Below are positions 37,810 to 48,320 of a stretch of 64,000 bases of DNA, piece by piece (position 1 is the first letter of the stretch; every line of letters begins with the position of its first letter). The DNA is from Syntrophales bacterium (GTDB lineage Bacteria; Desulfobacterota; Syntrophia; Syntrophales; UBA4778): assembly GCA_041946925.1 (NCBI GenBank), contig JBHGBI010000007.1, positions 2,900 to 66,899 on the forward strand, in the 5' to 3' direction. The notes beneath the pieces were generated by a model. That model did no database searches. It saw only the letters and a program-made list of their open reading frames with translations, and was not told the DNA's origin. The position numbers and the translations under genes are program-made.

Positions 37810-40674
37810 CTAAATGACTTTCGAATGATCCAGTACACGCCGGACGGTTTCGGCCACTTTATTCGTGACGAGCGGTTTTATGATGAGTTCCCGGATCCCG
37901 ATTTCCTGCAAATTCGTCGGGGTTACAGATTCACTGAACCCCGTCGTCAATATTACCGGTATGTCGGGGCGTGCGCGCAGGACCTCGAAAGCCAGCTCCG
38001 TCCCGATCATATTCGGCATGGTCATATCCGTGATGATAAGATCAAAACGGTACGGATCGGAGCGGAATGCTTCCAGGGCCTCGATACTGCTTGTATAGGC
38101 CTCCACTTTGTATCCCAGCCGGCCCAGCATTATCTGCGCGAGCTCCACCAGCGTATCCTCGTCATCGACAAAAAGAATGCATTCCCTGCCGCCGGGAAGA
38201 TTCGCGGCCGGCTCGGGCTTGGAAGCGGCGTCTTTCCCGGAAAATACCGGGAGAAATACGCGAAACGTTGTCCCTTTTCCCACCGAGCTTTGTACCGTGA
38301 TCACTCCCCCGTGGTTCTTAATGATGCCGTGGACGACCGACAGCCCCATGCCGGTCCCCTCGCCGGGTTTCTTGGTTGTGAAGAACGGATCGAATATCCT
38401 TTCGATAATGCCGGGATCGATGCCGTGGCCGGTATCGCTGACAGCAAGTTCTATGTACGTGCCCGGTGCAAGGTCCGGATGGCTTAGGGTATCAGTTGTA
38501 GTCAGCTCCGTACGCGTGAGGCTTATCTTCAATGTGCCTCCCTTTTCACGCATTGCATGCGCGGAATTGGTGCAAAGATTCATGAGGACCTGGTGGATCT
38601 GGGTTGGGTCGGCAAGTACCATCTCGGTATTGGCCCTGATATTCTGAATAATCTGCAGTGAAGACGGGAGGGACGCCCTCAGTAGTTTGACGGCTTCTTT
38701 TATAACCGGGCTGATCCGCAGGGGCTTGAACTCCTGTTCGGTTTGACGGCTGAAAGCAAGTATCTGCTTGACGAGATCCTTCGCGCGGTCTCCTGCTCTC
38801 AGGACCTGGTCCAGGTAGTGCTGGACAGGATCATCCTGAGGAAGATCGCCGACTGCCATTTCTGTATACCCGATGATAGCTCCCAGGATGTTATTGAAAT
38901 CATGAGCAATTCCTCCGGCCAGAGTGCCAATTGCCTCCATTTTCTGTGCCTGCCGCAATTGGATCTCCAGATTGCGTTGTTCCGTCATGTCCTTCATCGT
39001 GCCTACTATTCCGGCTACATTGCCACGCGGATCGAAATTCGGCGCGCCGTTGAAATTGAAGAGTCTTTCAGAGCCGTTCTTATGGAGAATGAATCTCTTG
39101 AAATCCTGAACGGTTTCCCCGTCGCGGATTCTATCAAAGAGTTTCTTGAACAGTTCGGTGTCTTCCTTTCTGACAAAATCGGTGAAGTATTTTCCCATGA
39201 CTTCTTCTTTACGGTGTCCCAGGATTCTCTCCCATGCCGGATTGACATACGTAAACAACCCGTCAAGGTCAACAGTATAGATGATATCCGGGGCGTTCTC
39301 GCTTAGCGACCTGAATCGCTCTTCACTTTCCTGGATTTTCTGATATGACACGGCATTATTGATGCTGATGGCGATCTGGTTGGCAATCCCCGCCAGCAGG
39401 CTGATATCACTCTGGCTGAAACGCCTCTTGGAACGGATGTTGTCCACCATCAATACGCCTATGGAGTCTTTCTCGTATACGATTGGAACGCAGATGAATG
39501 ATTCGGTGCCCATTCTCTTTGCAAAATCCAGACTCCTTTGCGAAAGGTCTTTTTCGATCCCGTGAATGGAATCGACGAGAAAAGGTTTTTGTTTCTTAAA
39601 AGCCACCACCGCCGGACCCCGGGAATCCGGATTATCCAGGCGGAACTCAATACCCTGCAAGTACCCTCTGTATTCTGGGTTATAGCCGTATCCGACCGTG
39701 TAAACGAGACGGGTCTTCTCCCTGTCGGCCAGCATGATCATGCCCCGGTCGAAATCGAGGCGTTTTTCCATGGTTTCCATTATATGATTGAGTAGTTTGT
39801 TCAGATCCAGAATACTGGAAACGGCCTGGCTGATCTCTTTGATCAGCAGGGCATTGTTGTAACTCTTATTCAGCTGGTCCAGAAAATTTTCGGCCGAATT
39901 ACCCTGCAATTCGACATGCAGCGAAAGATCTTTCTTCTCCAGATATTCTGCGTATAGGGCCGTCGCCAGGATCGCAATCGCCGAAATCAGGGATAATCTA
40001 ATCCAGAAGGCGGGAATGAAAAGGGAGAACATTAAAACAAGCAAAGGAAACAGGATGACCAGAAACTTACACAAGCGCCGCCACAGGGAGGATCGGGTTT
40101 CCTGCCAGGAGACGATATACCGGCACTTGTCGCCGCCCCGATGCAGGCACACGGGATGTTCAATTTTGGCAAAATTACTAGTGAACAACTTTGCCAGTGC
40201 CTCCAGGTAGCCTATTCTGTTTTCGCACTGATACGGCTTTTCCTTGACGCCGGGGTAAGGAGTGGAGTTGACTTCAATACTGTTCGAGCCCAGTTTTTCA
40301 ACTTTAAATTTGACATGTCGCGAAATGACCGATGCGATTTTTTCCAACACCCGATACGCCATCAAAGGCGAAAGAAAACCGAAAATATACTGGCGTATAG
40401 CACCGAATGCTCCGGCGGAAACAGCAAATCGCCCGGCTTCCCGGGCGATGTTTGGATTATCAACCGCTTTATTGATTACTTCGTGGAACCGGTCGACGTG
40501 ACGCTGAGTCAGCCAGTGGCCTCCGTCTTCAAGTTCATACGGAGTGATCCCGGCCTCTTCCAGGAGGGATTTCGTATTCACATGTGGGTAATACTTTTCC
40601 AGGTATTCAACATATGTCTTGATGACCCGGCTGCTGTATAACGGCGTATCTTCCATAAAAACCTGCAAGATCAT
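37810..40674 (-). CDS. Hybrid sensor histidine kinase/response regulator: V4R-like N-terminal domain, 2 TM, GAF, PAS, HisKA, HATPase, REC
   Basis: 954 aa.
- The N-terminal ~190 aa end in YQCENRIGYLEALAKLF...HPVCLHRGGDKCRYIVSW, a Cys pattern reminiscent of 4-vinyl-reductase (V4R) ligand-binding domains.
- TM helices follow (FLVILFPLLVLMFSLFIPAFWIRLSLISAIAILATAL).
- Then a GAF domain, a PAS domain, the H-box LAGGIAHDFNNILGAI, an HATPase (DTGHGI...GTGMGLSVV) and a REC domain (ILFVDDE...DLIITDMTMPNM...KP).
- The ATG overlaps the stop of the upstream PilZ gene (ATGA at 40671-40674). Confidence 0.9.
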   Translation of the reverse strand: MILQVFMEDTPLYSSRVIKTYVEYLEKYYPHVNTKSLLEEAGITPYELEDGGHWLTQRHVDRFHEVINKAVDNPNIAREAGRFAVSAGAFGAIRQYIFGFLSPLMAYRVLEKIASVISRHVKFKVEKLGSNSIEVNSTPYPGVKEKPYQCENRIGYLEALAKLFTSNFAKIEHPVCLHRGGDKCRYIVSWQETRSSLWRRLCKFLVILFPLLVLMFSLFIPAFWIRLSLISAIAILATALYAEYLEKKDLSLHVELQGNSAENFLDQLNKSYNNALLIKEISQAVSSILDLNKLLNHIMETMEKRLDFDRGMIMLADREKTRLVYTVGYGYNPEYRGYLQGIEFRLDNPDSRGPAVVAFKKQKPFLVDSIHGIEKDLSQRSLDFAKRMGTESFICVPIVYEKDSIGVLMVDNIRSKRRFSQSDISLLAGIANQIAISINNAVSYQKIQESEERFRSLSENAPDIIYTVDLDGLFTYVNPAWERILGHRKEEVMGKYFTDFVRKEDTELFKKLFDRIRDGETVQDFKRFILHKNGSERLFNFNGAPNFDPRGNVAGIVGTMKDMTEQRNLEIQLRQAQKMEAIGTLAGGIAHDFNNILGAIIGYTEMAVGDLPQDDPVQHYLDQVLRAGDRAKDLVKQILAFSRQTEQEFKPLRISPVIKEAVKLLRASLPSSLQIIQNIRANTEMVLADPTQIHQVLMNLCTNSAHAMREKGGTLKISLTRTELTTTDTLSHPDLAPGTYIELAVSDTGHGIDPGIIERIFDPFFTTKKPGEGTGMGLSVVHGIIKNHGGVITVQSSVGKGTTFRVFLPVFSGKDAASKPEPAANLPGGRECILFVDDEDTLVELAQIMLGRLGYKVEAYTSSIEALEAFRSDPYRFDLIITDMTMPNMIGTELAFEVLRARPDIPVILTTGFSESVTPTNLQEIGIRELIIKPLVTNKVAETVRRVLDHSKVI

Positions 40675-42761
40675 TTGAAACGGACCCTGAATTTCCGGGC
40701 CATGTAATCCATGTAATCATGATCGTAGTCGCGCAGGTTCAATATCCAGAGCTGGTACTGCTTCTCGATATCGATGCCGGCTATGCATCCTTGCGGATAA
40801 ACCAGAATGGGGATTTCCGGTACATCGTATTCATCCGTAAACCGGGCGACCACCCTCATCAGCATATCCCAATCAATTTTATCGGGATTTATCACGAGAA
40901 TCTTAAAACCGTTCAATAATTCCGACAGATTTATTGCCGCTTCCGCATGCTCGACGATCAGAACCGCGCAAATGGCGCCCTGACACTTCAGGGAATAAGC
41001 GCGGCATTGCCTGACGAAGCCCACTTTTTCATAAAGTTCTTTCAGGGGCACGTCAATCATGTCTCTCTGCACAAGCCCCATTGCATCGAGGAGCAACCCA
41101 TTCGACGTATTTCTGTAGAATCGTTCCATTTCCCATAGATCGATGTCGCTGCATTCAGAAAGGACGAAATTTTCCGGGAGAGGCTTTTTCTGGATATCCG
41201 TCCGGCACGGTATATAGGAGAAGAGATCGAGAGAGCATCCCTGCGGGTCATTCAATTCTCTGGCGAAATCGCCGTAAGCACGGTCGGAGAACCTGTTCTG
41301 GGGGCGGTAATAAGTCATGACGTAATCCGTCCTTGCCAACGGAAAACGGGAAATACAATTCAGGTAATGCATGAGCTGTTTCTGCACCTGGAGAGCCGGC
41401 AGTTTACCCTCCAGTGTCTTTGCCGCAAGGTGATGAACCATCCATGTCCTGCTGTATGCCTTGAGCATGGCGACATGAGCGTAAATCCGACCATTTTCCT
41501 CGTATGTAAAATGCCTGGCGACTTCAGGACTGTCCTCATACAATCTGCGGTATATCTCTTTGAAATTCCCCCGGTAGGACTGAATATGCTGGTATTTTTT
41601 CGGATAAATGAAGTTGGTATCGAAAAAGAATTCCCACAGGGCTTCCATGTCCACCTGCTTCGACAAATAGGTATGCGGATCAATAATGTTATTGATTATG
41701 TGTGTCAGCATACTGTGGCTTTGTATGTCCATATCCAGAATCGCAAGCCCCTGCAGGATATCGTTTTCCCGCTCCTCGCGGCGGATTACCTGGGCCGTGC
41801 AGCTGATTCTGGTAACGCCCGCGTAAGTGATCTTAAGATCGGTGATTATCATGCCGGGGACGAGAACGCAGTCATCCTTGCTTTCCCGGACCGAGAACCC
41901 CAGGTTGGAAAGGTCGTGGATTTCGCGCTGGATTTTTTTCTGAGAAAACGGGTGCCTGAAAGAAATGATCGCCGGGGTCGTCAAGACCTGTCTGGGGTTA
42001 CGGAACTTGTTCTTCCTGAAACGGTTGATCTGATGATTCTGCGAAGCCATCACTATTTGCCGCTCTGCTGTTTCTTTTGTCTGCCGTATGATCCGGCATG
42101 TACCTGAAAAGGCAATGTTTCTACCCTGATATAGACGAACCGTAACGTCTTCCTCCGCGTTCAGCCAGGTAAAGGAGCAGGGTGGTTCGGGAGTCACCCT
42201 GAGGCGGAAAGCGCGGGCATTGAAATCCAGCAACTCGCCTTTTGCCGAAAAGCCGCTCTGCATTACCTCCGCAATCACATCATGGCACGCGAAACGGCGG
42301 GTTTGCCGGTGGCTCAGGACGTAACTCTTTTCGGGAAGCTGTACAGTGAGCTTTTCCTTTCCCATCTCCTGCATCACTGCCGGCGCCACAATGATCGAAT
42401 CGGCCTTGGAGATAATCATGTGGAGGAATTGGTACTTATCGATACGAAATTCCTGCAGTCGGGGATTCCGCCACGTGCAAGTCAGATAGTCTCCGTTGCA
42501 CGGCTCGGGGTACGCCTTGACCAGAAAAGTATTCCTGTCTCCGGTGCGGCCGAAATGGGCGAATATGCTGCCTTCGGTAAAGTGAATGTAGTTGAGGGCA
42601 TTTATTAGGGTCTCTTTTCTGATGGCTTTCTGATGAGACGCGGCCTCGGTCTGCGATTCCAGGAGTTCCATCAGGCTGGAGACCTGCAGGACCTCACCTT
42701 CAGCAGACTTGATCGGAACAGGCGCGATGAAAGAAATGACTTTGGAATTTTCCGAGTTCAT
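40671..42761 (-). CDS. Large multi-domain protein with two PilZ-like segments and an uncharacterised C-terminal half
   Basis: ATG 42761 (MNSENSK..., GGAG upstream) is preferred over the longest ORF (42881). PilZ-like signatures: RQTRRF (RxxxR) ... LLDFNARAF (degenerate), and a second segment ending in the canonical DLSNLGFSV (DxSxxG). The C-terminal ~330 aa have no family I can name, though a GNAT-like fold is possible. Confidence 0.6.
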   Translation of the reverse strand: MNSENSKVISFIAPVPIKSAEGEVLQVSSLMELLESQTEAASHQKAIRKETLINALNYIHFTEGSIFAHFGRTGDRNTFLVKAYPEPCNGDYLTCTWRNPRLQEFRIDKYQFLHMIISKADSIIVAPAVMQEMGKEKLTVQLPEKSYVLSHRQTRRFACHDVIAEVMQSGFSAKGELLDFNARAFRLRVTPEPPCSFTWLNAEEDVTVRLYQGRNIAFSGTCRIIRQTKETAERQIVMASQNHQINRFRKNKFRNPRQVLTTPAIISFRHPFSQKKIQREIHDLSNLGFSVRESKDDCVLVPGMIITDLKITYAGVTRISCTAQVIRREERENDILQGLAILDMDIQSHSMLTHIINNIIDPHTYLSKQVDMEALWEFFFDTNFIYPKKYQHIQSYRGNFKEIYRRLYEDSPEVARHFTYEENGRIYAHVAMLKAYSRTWMVHHLAAKTLEGKLPALQVQKQLMHYLNCISRFPLARTDYVMTYYRPQNRFSDRAYGDFARELNDPQGCSLDLFSYIPCRTDIQKKPLPENFVLSECSDIDLWEMERFYRNTSNGLLLDAMGLVQRDMIDVPLKELYEKVGFVRQCRAYSLKCQGAICAVLIVEHAEAAINLSELLNGFKILVINPDKIDWDMLMRVVARFTDEYDVPEIPILVYPQGCIAGIDIEKQYQLWILNLRDYDHDYMDYMARKFRVRFK

Positions 42762-43095
42762 TTTTTGATCTCCGAAGAAAGGGTAAGAGGTTGATTTATC
42801 AGGACCCGGACTACGCGGCACCAATACAGAAGATATCACCTGAATTCCAGAATTGCGGAAAAAAATGATCGGCTCAGGCAATCAAAAGAAAGGTAAATTA
42901 TGAATCCAACGGAAACCGACCTGTTTCGTTCAGCTCAGCAAAATTCTCAGGAGTTCAGGTCATGATCGTCAAGAAGGTTTTTACCTCATGTATGAAGGTC
43001 TATAACAGAAAAGGAGGATCGTTGTCAATGCATTCTCCTTCCAGAAAAAGAGATTGTTTCTCTTCATTATCCGGTTGATTAACGGATATGGACAC

Positions 43096-44976
43096 TCATC
43101 GGGTCCTCTCCTTATTTCTTTTCAGGACAATCATCAGGACGGACATGGCCGCCGGAGTCATGCCTTCTATCCTGGATGCCTGGCCGAGTGAAACGGGCCT
43201 CACTTCAGTGAGCTTCTGGGCCAATTCGCTTGACAGGCCCGGGATTTCGCTGAAATCGAAATCCTGCGGTATAAGTATTTTTTCCATATTCTTGAATTTC
43301 CTGACCTCCGACTCCTGGCGCTTGAGATATCCCTCATACTTGCACTGGATTTCCACCTGTTGCCGTACTGCGGGTGGCAATTTCGACGAGGTATTCTCGA
43401 TTGCTTCTATATCCCCGAAAGTTATCTCGGGCCTCTTCAGAAGCTGATCCAGGGTGAGAGGGGCATCAACAGGACGGGAGCCCTTGCGCTGAAGAAAGGC
43501 GTTAATCTCCGGCTCGGGTCTGAGCCGGGTGACTTTCAATCTCTCCAGTTCGCCTGCGATCATCCGCTGCTTTTCGTGCAGTTCATCAAGCCGCTCGCGG
43601 CTGTGGAGTCCTATTTCGTAGCCCCTTTGCAGGAGACGCAGATCGGCATTGTCTTCCCGGAGCAGGAGTCTGTATTCGGCGCGGGACGTGAACATGCGGT
43701 AAGGTTCTCTTGTCCCGCGTGTGACGAGGTCGTCCACCATGACTCCGATGTAGGCTTCCGAGCGGTCCGGAATGAAAGGCGCCCTTTTCTGCACCTTCAG
43801 TGCCGCGTTGATTCCCGCCAGAAGTCCTTGCGCCGCCGCTTCCTCATAGCCGGATGTTCCGTTGATCTGTCCAGCCAGATATAATCCCTTTATCCTCACC
43901 GTCTCAAGCGTGGGCCTGAGCTGGGTCGGATTAACGAAATCATATTCAATGGCGTAGGCCGGTCTCATAATTTCGGCGTACTCCAGACCGGCAATTGAAT
44001 GAATAATATCCACCTGGATTTCATAGGGGAGGGAATTGCCTGTCCCGCTGGCGTAAATTTCCTCGCTGTCCAGTCCTTCAGGCTCCAGAATGATCTGGTG
44101 GCGTTCCTTATCGGAGAACTTTACCACCTTGTCTTCCAGAGAGGGGCAGTACCTGGCGGAAATTCCCGTGATCTGCCCGCTGTACAGGGGCGAGTGCCGG
44201 ATGTTTTTCCTGACGATGGCATGCGTTCTCAAATTGGTGCGTCCGATAAAGCACGATACCTGCGGCAAGGGAATGTTGCGGGTCAGGAGAGAAAAAGGAC
44301 GGGGAATTTCATCTCCCTTCTGTTCGCTGAATTGCGTAAAGTCGATTGTGGATTTCTTCAGCCTGGCGGGAGTCCCGGTTTTCATCCTCCCCATCTGAAA
44401 ACCGAGTTTCCTCAGATTTTCCGCAAGACCATCAGCCGGAAACTCTCCCGCCCTGCCGGCCGGCATCTTTTTTGTGCCGATATGAATCAGCCCATGAAGA
44501 AATGTCCCCGTCGTGAGTACTACAGCCGGCGCCATGAATTCAACTCCTATATTGTCCCTTACACCGATCGCATTTTCGCCTTCCACCAGAATTTCTTCCA
44601 CAATGGTCTGCTTGAGGTCAATGCGGGGCTCCTTCTCGAGGACGGTTTTCATTAAAAGGCGGTAGCGGTTTTTGTCATTCTGCGTGCGGGTGCTCTGAAC
44701 CGCCGGCCCCTTTTTTGTATTCAGTATACGGAACTGAATAGCCGTCAGATCGGCCGCTTTGCCCATTTCCCCCCCGAGGGCGTCGATCTCTTTGACCAGA
44801 TGTCCCTTCCCCACACCGCCGATTGAAGGGGAACATGGCATATGGGCTATGGTATCGAGATTCATGGAGAAAACCAGGACACTGCATCCCATGCGGGCTG
44901 CAGCGAGGGCGGCTTCGCAACCTGCGTGGCCTGCACCGACGACAATCAAATCATAAGATTTCGAGTAAAGAGACAT
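43096..44976 (-). CDS. mnmG: tRNA uridine 5-carboxymethylaminomethyl modification enzyme MnmG (GidA)
   Basis: ATG 44976 gives MSLYSKSYDLIVVGAGHAGCEAALAAARMG..., the canonical FAD-binding N-terminus. Also present: GQINGTSGYEEAAAQGL and a C-terminal KRPE... Confidence 0.95.
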   Translation of the reverse strand: MSLYSKSYDLIVVGAGHAGCEAALAAARMGCSVLVFSMNLDTIAHMPCSPSIGGVGKGHLVKEIDALGGEMGKAADLTAIQFRILNTKKGPAVQSTRTQNDKNRYRLLMKTVLEKEPRIDLKQTIVEEILVEGENAIGVRDNIGVEFMAPAVVLTTGTFLHGLIHIGTKKMPAGRAGEFPADGLAENLRKLGFQMGRMKTGTPARLKKSTIDFTQFSEQKGDEIPRPFSLLTRNIPLPQVSCFIGRTNLRTHAIVRKNIRHSPLYSGQITGISARYCPSLEDKVVKFSDKERHQIILEPEGLDSEEIYASGTGNSLPYEIQVDIIHSIAGLEYAEIMRPAYAIEYDFVNPTQLRPTLETVRIKGLYLAGQINGTSGYEEAAAQGLLAGINAALKVQKRAPFIPDRSEAYIGVMVDDLVTRGTREPYRMFTSRAEYRLLLREDNADLRLLQRGYEIGLHSRERLDELHEKQRMIAGELERLKVTRLRPEPEINAFLQRKGSRPVDAPLTLDQLLKRPEITFGDIEAIENTSSKLPPAVRQQVEIQCKYEGYLKRQESEVRKFKNMEKILIPQDFDFSEIPGLSSELAQKLTEVRPVSLGQASRIEGMTPAAMSVLMIVLKRNKERTR

Positions 44977-45062
44977 CTGATAATCACTTCCATTTTCGGC
45001 GAAAATATGGAAAAAAAGATTCATAATCGCACGAATGTGTGATTATATATTCTGAGGTTGTC

Positions 45063-45986
45063 ATGTCAAGCTCGCTCTATCAGGACCTCAACAGCGTTCT
45101 GCGCAGACGGTTCGGCTGCAGGGTCCAGAAAATCAATATCGACGCCGGGCTTACTTGTCCCAATCGCGACGGTTTTATCGGAACCGGTGGATGCATATAC
45201 TGCAACCGCCTCGGTTCGGGGACAGGTGCATCAAGCACTCAATCCATCACGGAACAATTGGTGGCGGGGAAGGCCTTTCTTGGCCGTCGGTACAAGGCCC
45301 GGAAGTTCATTGCCTACTTTCAGTCATTCACCAACACATACGCGCCCGCCGACAAGCTTGAGCGCCTTTACGAAGAAGCCCTTGCCGTTCCGGACATTGT
45401 GGGAATAGCCGTCGGAACACGCCCGGACTGTGTAAATGAGGAAGTGCTGGACCTTCTTTCGCGGTTGGAGCGTAAAACATACGTGTCGATCGAATACGGG
45501 CTTCAATCCGTTCACGACCGCACGCTCCGATTGATCAACCGGGGCCATAGTTTCGCGGATTTCCTGGATGCCGTAAAGCGCACCCGCAGGAGGGGAATGG
45601 AAGTCTGCGTTCATGTCATTCTCGGCCTTCCGGGAGAAAGCAAAGCGGACATGCTGGAAACAGCGAGGACACTCGGAGAGATCGATGTCCAGGCTGTGAA
45701 GATTCATCTCCTATACGTCATCCGTAATACCCGGCTGCACAGGATGTACAATGAGGGTTATTATGCCTGCCTGGACCGCGAATCTTATGTTGATATTGTA
45801 TGCGAGTTTCTCTCCCTTCTGCCACCGCAAATGGCTGTCCACCGGCTGACCGCGGACCCCCATCCGGCGGAGCTGGTTGCGCCGCTCTGGTCCCTGGAAA
45901 AGCAGGCCACCCTGAAGGCGATCCGGGATGCGCTTTGCAGGAGAGACCTGTGGCAGGGGAAGAATTACAAGAAGTTGAGAAGTTAA
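45063..45986 (+). CDS. TIGR01212-family (YhcC-like) radical SAM protein
   Basis: I call the start at ATG 45063, with GAGG 5 nt upstream. LRRRFGCRVQKINIDAGLTCPNRDGFIGTGGCIYCN parallels E. coli YhcC ([26 protein letters not shown]). The rest aligns as well (AYFQ.FTNTYA, VGTRPDC, INRGH). Confidence 0.88.
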   Translation: MSSSLYQDLNSVLRRRFGCRVQKINIDAGLTCPNRDGFIGTGGCIYCNRLGSGTGASSTQSITEQLVAGKAFLGRRYKARKFIAYFQSFTNTYAPADKLERLYEEALAVPDIVGIAVGTRPDCVNEEVLDLLSRLERKTYVSIEYGLQSVHDRTLRLINRGHSFADFLDAVKRTRRRGMEVCVHVILGLPGESKADMLETARTLGEIDVQAVKIHLLYVIRNTRLHRMYNEGYYACLDRESYVDIVCEFLSLLPPQMAVHRLTADPHPAELVAPLWSLEKQATLKAIRDALCRRDLWQGKNYKKLRS

Positions 45987-45998
45987 AAAGGTGAGAAG

Positions 45999-46475
45999 AT
46001 GATAAACTATCCTGCAACGCCGGCGATCCGCCAGCTGCGGGACAGCGGGGTTGATTTCTCCCTGCATTCCTATAAGTACGAAGAAGGCGGGGGGACGCAA
46101 CGGGCGTCAAGAGAACTGGGAGTAGATGAACATCAGGTCATAAAGACCCTGGTGATGGAGGACGAGAAAAAGACACCTCTTATAGTCCTGATGCACGGCG
46201 ATCGGCAGGTCTCTACGAAGAACCTGGCCAGGACTCTCCAGGTAAAATCCATTCAGACGTGTGATCCTCGCACTGCCCTTAAGCATACGGGCTATATGGT
46301 GGGAGGGACATCACCGTTCGGAACAAGAAAAAAACTACCCGTCTACATTGAAAAGTCCATCCTGAATCTGCCGAGAATTTATGTGAATGCCGGCAGAAAG
46401 GGCCTGCTGGCCGCAATGAGTCCGGCGGATCTGGACGGGATACTCAAACCCATACCGGTCTGTGTCAGTATTTAG
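45999..46475 (+). CDS. ybaK: Cys-tRNA(Pro)/Cys-tRNA(Cys) deacylase YbaK
   Basis: 158 aa. TPAIRQLRDSGVDFSLHSYKYE, KTLVM and GYMVGGTSPFG are typical of YbaK/EbsC. Confidence 0.88.
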   Translation: MINYPATPAIRQLRDSGVDFSLHSYKYEEGGGTQRASRELGVDEHQVIKTLVMEDEKKTPLIVLMHGDRQVSTKNLARTLQVKSIQTCDPRTALKHTGYMVGGTSPFGTRKKLPVYIEKSILNLPRIYVNAGRKGLLAAMSPADLDGILKPIPVCVSI

Positions 46476-46667
46476 TGAAAAAGTGCATCTGCTCTCTTTG
46501 TTGTGCAGCGCTTCACTATGGGCGGCTTATCTCTGTGCAGTCATGATGTTTTCTTTATTTTGACATTTCTCAACCAAGCGATTAAGCTTTTTTAGGTAGG
46601 AGAACGGGGGAAACGGGGAAACGAAGATGCGAGAAAATCATTTTCCGCAGACAAGGACGGAAAGATT

Positions 46668-47234
46668 ATGAAAAACCAGAAAGAAATGGATTACTTCGCA
46701 GCATTGTACAATGTGGCCAGAGTAGTAAACGCATCCCTGGACACAGCGAAGATACTGGAGGAGATTGTAAGGGTCGTCACAACGACAATGAAAGTGAAGG
46801 CCAGTATTCTCCGGATTCTGGATTCCAGAAAGCAACGCCTGCTGCTCGGCGCCGCATACGGGCTCTCCGAGACCTATATCCGGAAGGGGCCTGTTCTTTT
46901 GAAGGAAAGCGGGCTGGATCAGAAGGCCATAGCCGGTGAAATCATCTGGATAAAAGACGCCCGGACGGATAGGGATTTCCAGTACAAAGATATGGCACGC
47001 GCTGAAGGAATCGAGTCCGTCCTGGTGCTTCCTTTGAAAATCGGCAGGAAAGTGATCGGTGTCCTGCGTGTTTACTCCGATGTGATTCGTGAATTCAATC
47101 GAAAAGAGATCAAGTTCCTCGAAGCGGTTGCCAACCTGAGTGCCATTGCGCTGGACAATGCAAGGTTGTATCAGGCGCTTAAGACCGACTATGATCTCCT
47201 GGCGGCGGCGAAATACCGTATTGACGACAATTGA
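46668..47234 (+). CDS. Stand-alone GAF domain protein
   Basis: 188 aa. The single GAF-like pattern runs [29 protein letters not shown]...[20 protein letters not shown]...[19 protein letters not shown]. There is no output domain. The stop lies 12 nt before the gap start. Confidence 0.75.
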   Translation: MKNQKEMDYFAALYNVARVVNASLDTAKILEEIVRVVTTTMKVKASILRILDSRKQRLLLGAAYGLSETYIRKGPVLLKESGLDQKAIAGEIIWIKDARTDRDFQYKDMARAEGIESVLVLPLKIGRKVIGVLRVYSDVIREFNRKEIKFLEAVANLSAIALDNARLYQALKTDYDLLAAAKYRIDDN

Positions 47235-47245
47235 TGGAGGGTCCC

Positions 47246-48259
47246 ATGATTCGCCTCGGTATCAATGGTTTTGGCCGGATCGGCCGTCTGGTATTGAAGG
47301 CCGCACTGGAACGCTATCCTGAATCTCTAGAGGTGGCGGCAATAAATGATTTGTTCGATACGGAGACCAATGCCCATCTGTTCAGGTATGATACCAATTA
47401 CGGACGCTTTTGTGGAAATGTAACTGTTGAAAAAGACCGGTTTCTCATCGATGGAAGAGGGATCAAGAGCTTCTGTTTTCGGGACCCTTACTCCATACCC
47501 TGGGATGATGAGGGGATCGATATCGTTATCGAAAGCACGGGACTCTTCACGGAAGGACCGAAAGCGGCGGCTCACATAGAAGCAGGGGCCAAAAAAGTAA
47601 TTATCACCGCCCCGGCCAAGAAAGAAGATATAACCATAGCCATGGGAGTGAACCATACGGCGTATATACCCGAAAGGCATCATATTGTCTCCAACGCCTC
47701 CTGTACTACAAACTGCCTCGCGCCGCCCGCTTATGTCGTGCACCGCGCGTTCGGCATCGAAAAGGGGATGATGGTCACAGTTCACTCTTATACGAATGAC
47801 CAGCGTATTCTCGATCTGCCGCACCGGGATCTGCGGCGCGCAAGAGCGGCTGCACAGAATATTATTCCCACTAGCACGGGGGCGGCCAGGGCACTTGCCC
47901 TGATTATCCCGGATTTGGCTGGTCGGTTCGACGGTTATGCGCTCAGGGTGCCCACCCCGACTGTATCCATCCTGGATTTTACAGTTCAGCTCCGGAAGAA
48001 TGTCGATACGGGAAAACTCCGGGAAACTCTCAGGGAAGCAGCCGAAAACGAACTGAAGGGAATCATGGCGTGCGAGGAAGCGCCTCTCGTCTCCATGGAC
48101 TTCAAAGGCGACACCCACTCATCCATCGTTGATCTTGAATTCACGCAGGTCCTGCAGAATAACATGGCCAAGGTCGTGGCGTGGTACGATAATGAATGGG
48201 GTTATTCCTGTCGGGTGGCCGATCTGGCAAATTACATGGCCGAACGAATGAAGTCCTGA
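47246..48259 (+). CDS. gap: Type I glyceraldehyde-3-phosphate dehydrogenase
   Basis: ATG 47246 (GGAGGG upstream) gives [14 protein letters not shown]. The catalytic [12 protein letters not shown] is present, along with the C-terminal WYDNEWGYS. Confidence 0.95.
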   Translation: MIRLGINGFGRIGRLVLKAALERYPESLEVAAINDLFDTETNAHLFRYDTNYGRFCGNVTVEKDRFLIDGRGIKSFCFRDPYSIPWDDEGIDIVIESTGLFTEGPKAAAHIEAGAKKVIITAPAKKEDITIAMGVNHTAYIPERHHIVSNASCTTNCLAPPAYVVHRAFGIEKGMMVTVHSYTNDQRILDLPHRDLRRARAAAQNIIPTSTGAARALALIIPDLAGRFDGYALRVPTPTVSILDFTVQLRKNVDTGKLRETLREAAENELKGIMACEEAPLVSMDFKGDTHSSIVDLEFTQVLQNNMAKVVAWYDNEWGYSCRVADLANYMAERMKS

Positions 48260-48320
48260 AATTCCAACCTCCCTTCACGCCTGCTTTATAGGGGCACAAC
48301 CCTCTACGGTGGTGTTAAAA

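Noticed and set aside
46604-46623. A short tandem repeat, ACGGGGGAAACGGGGAAACG, upstream of the GAF gene.
   Set aside because: There are only two imperfect units, with no array structure. It is likely an incidental purine-rich SD-proximal sequence.
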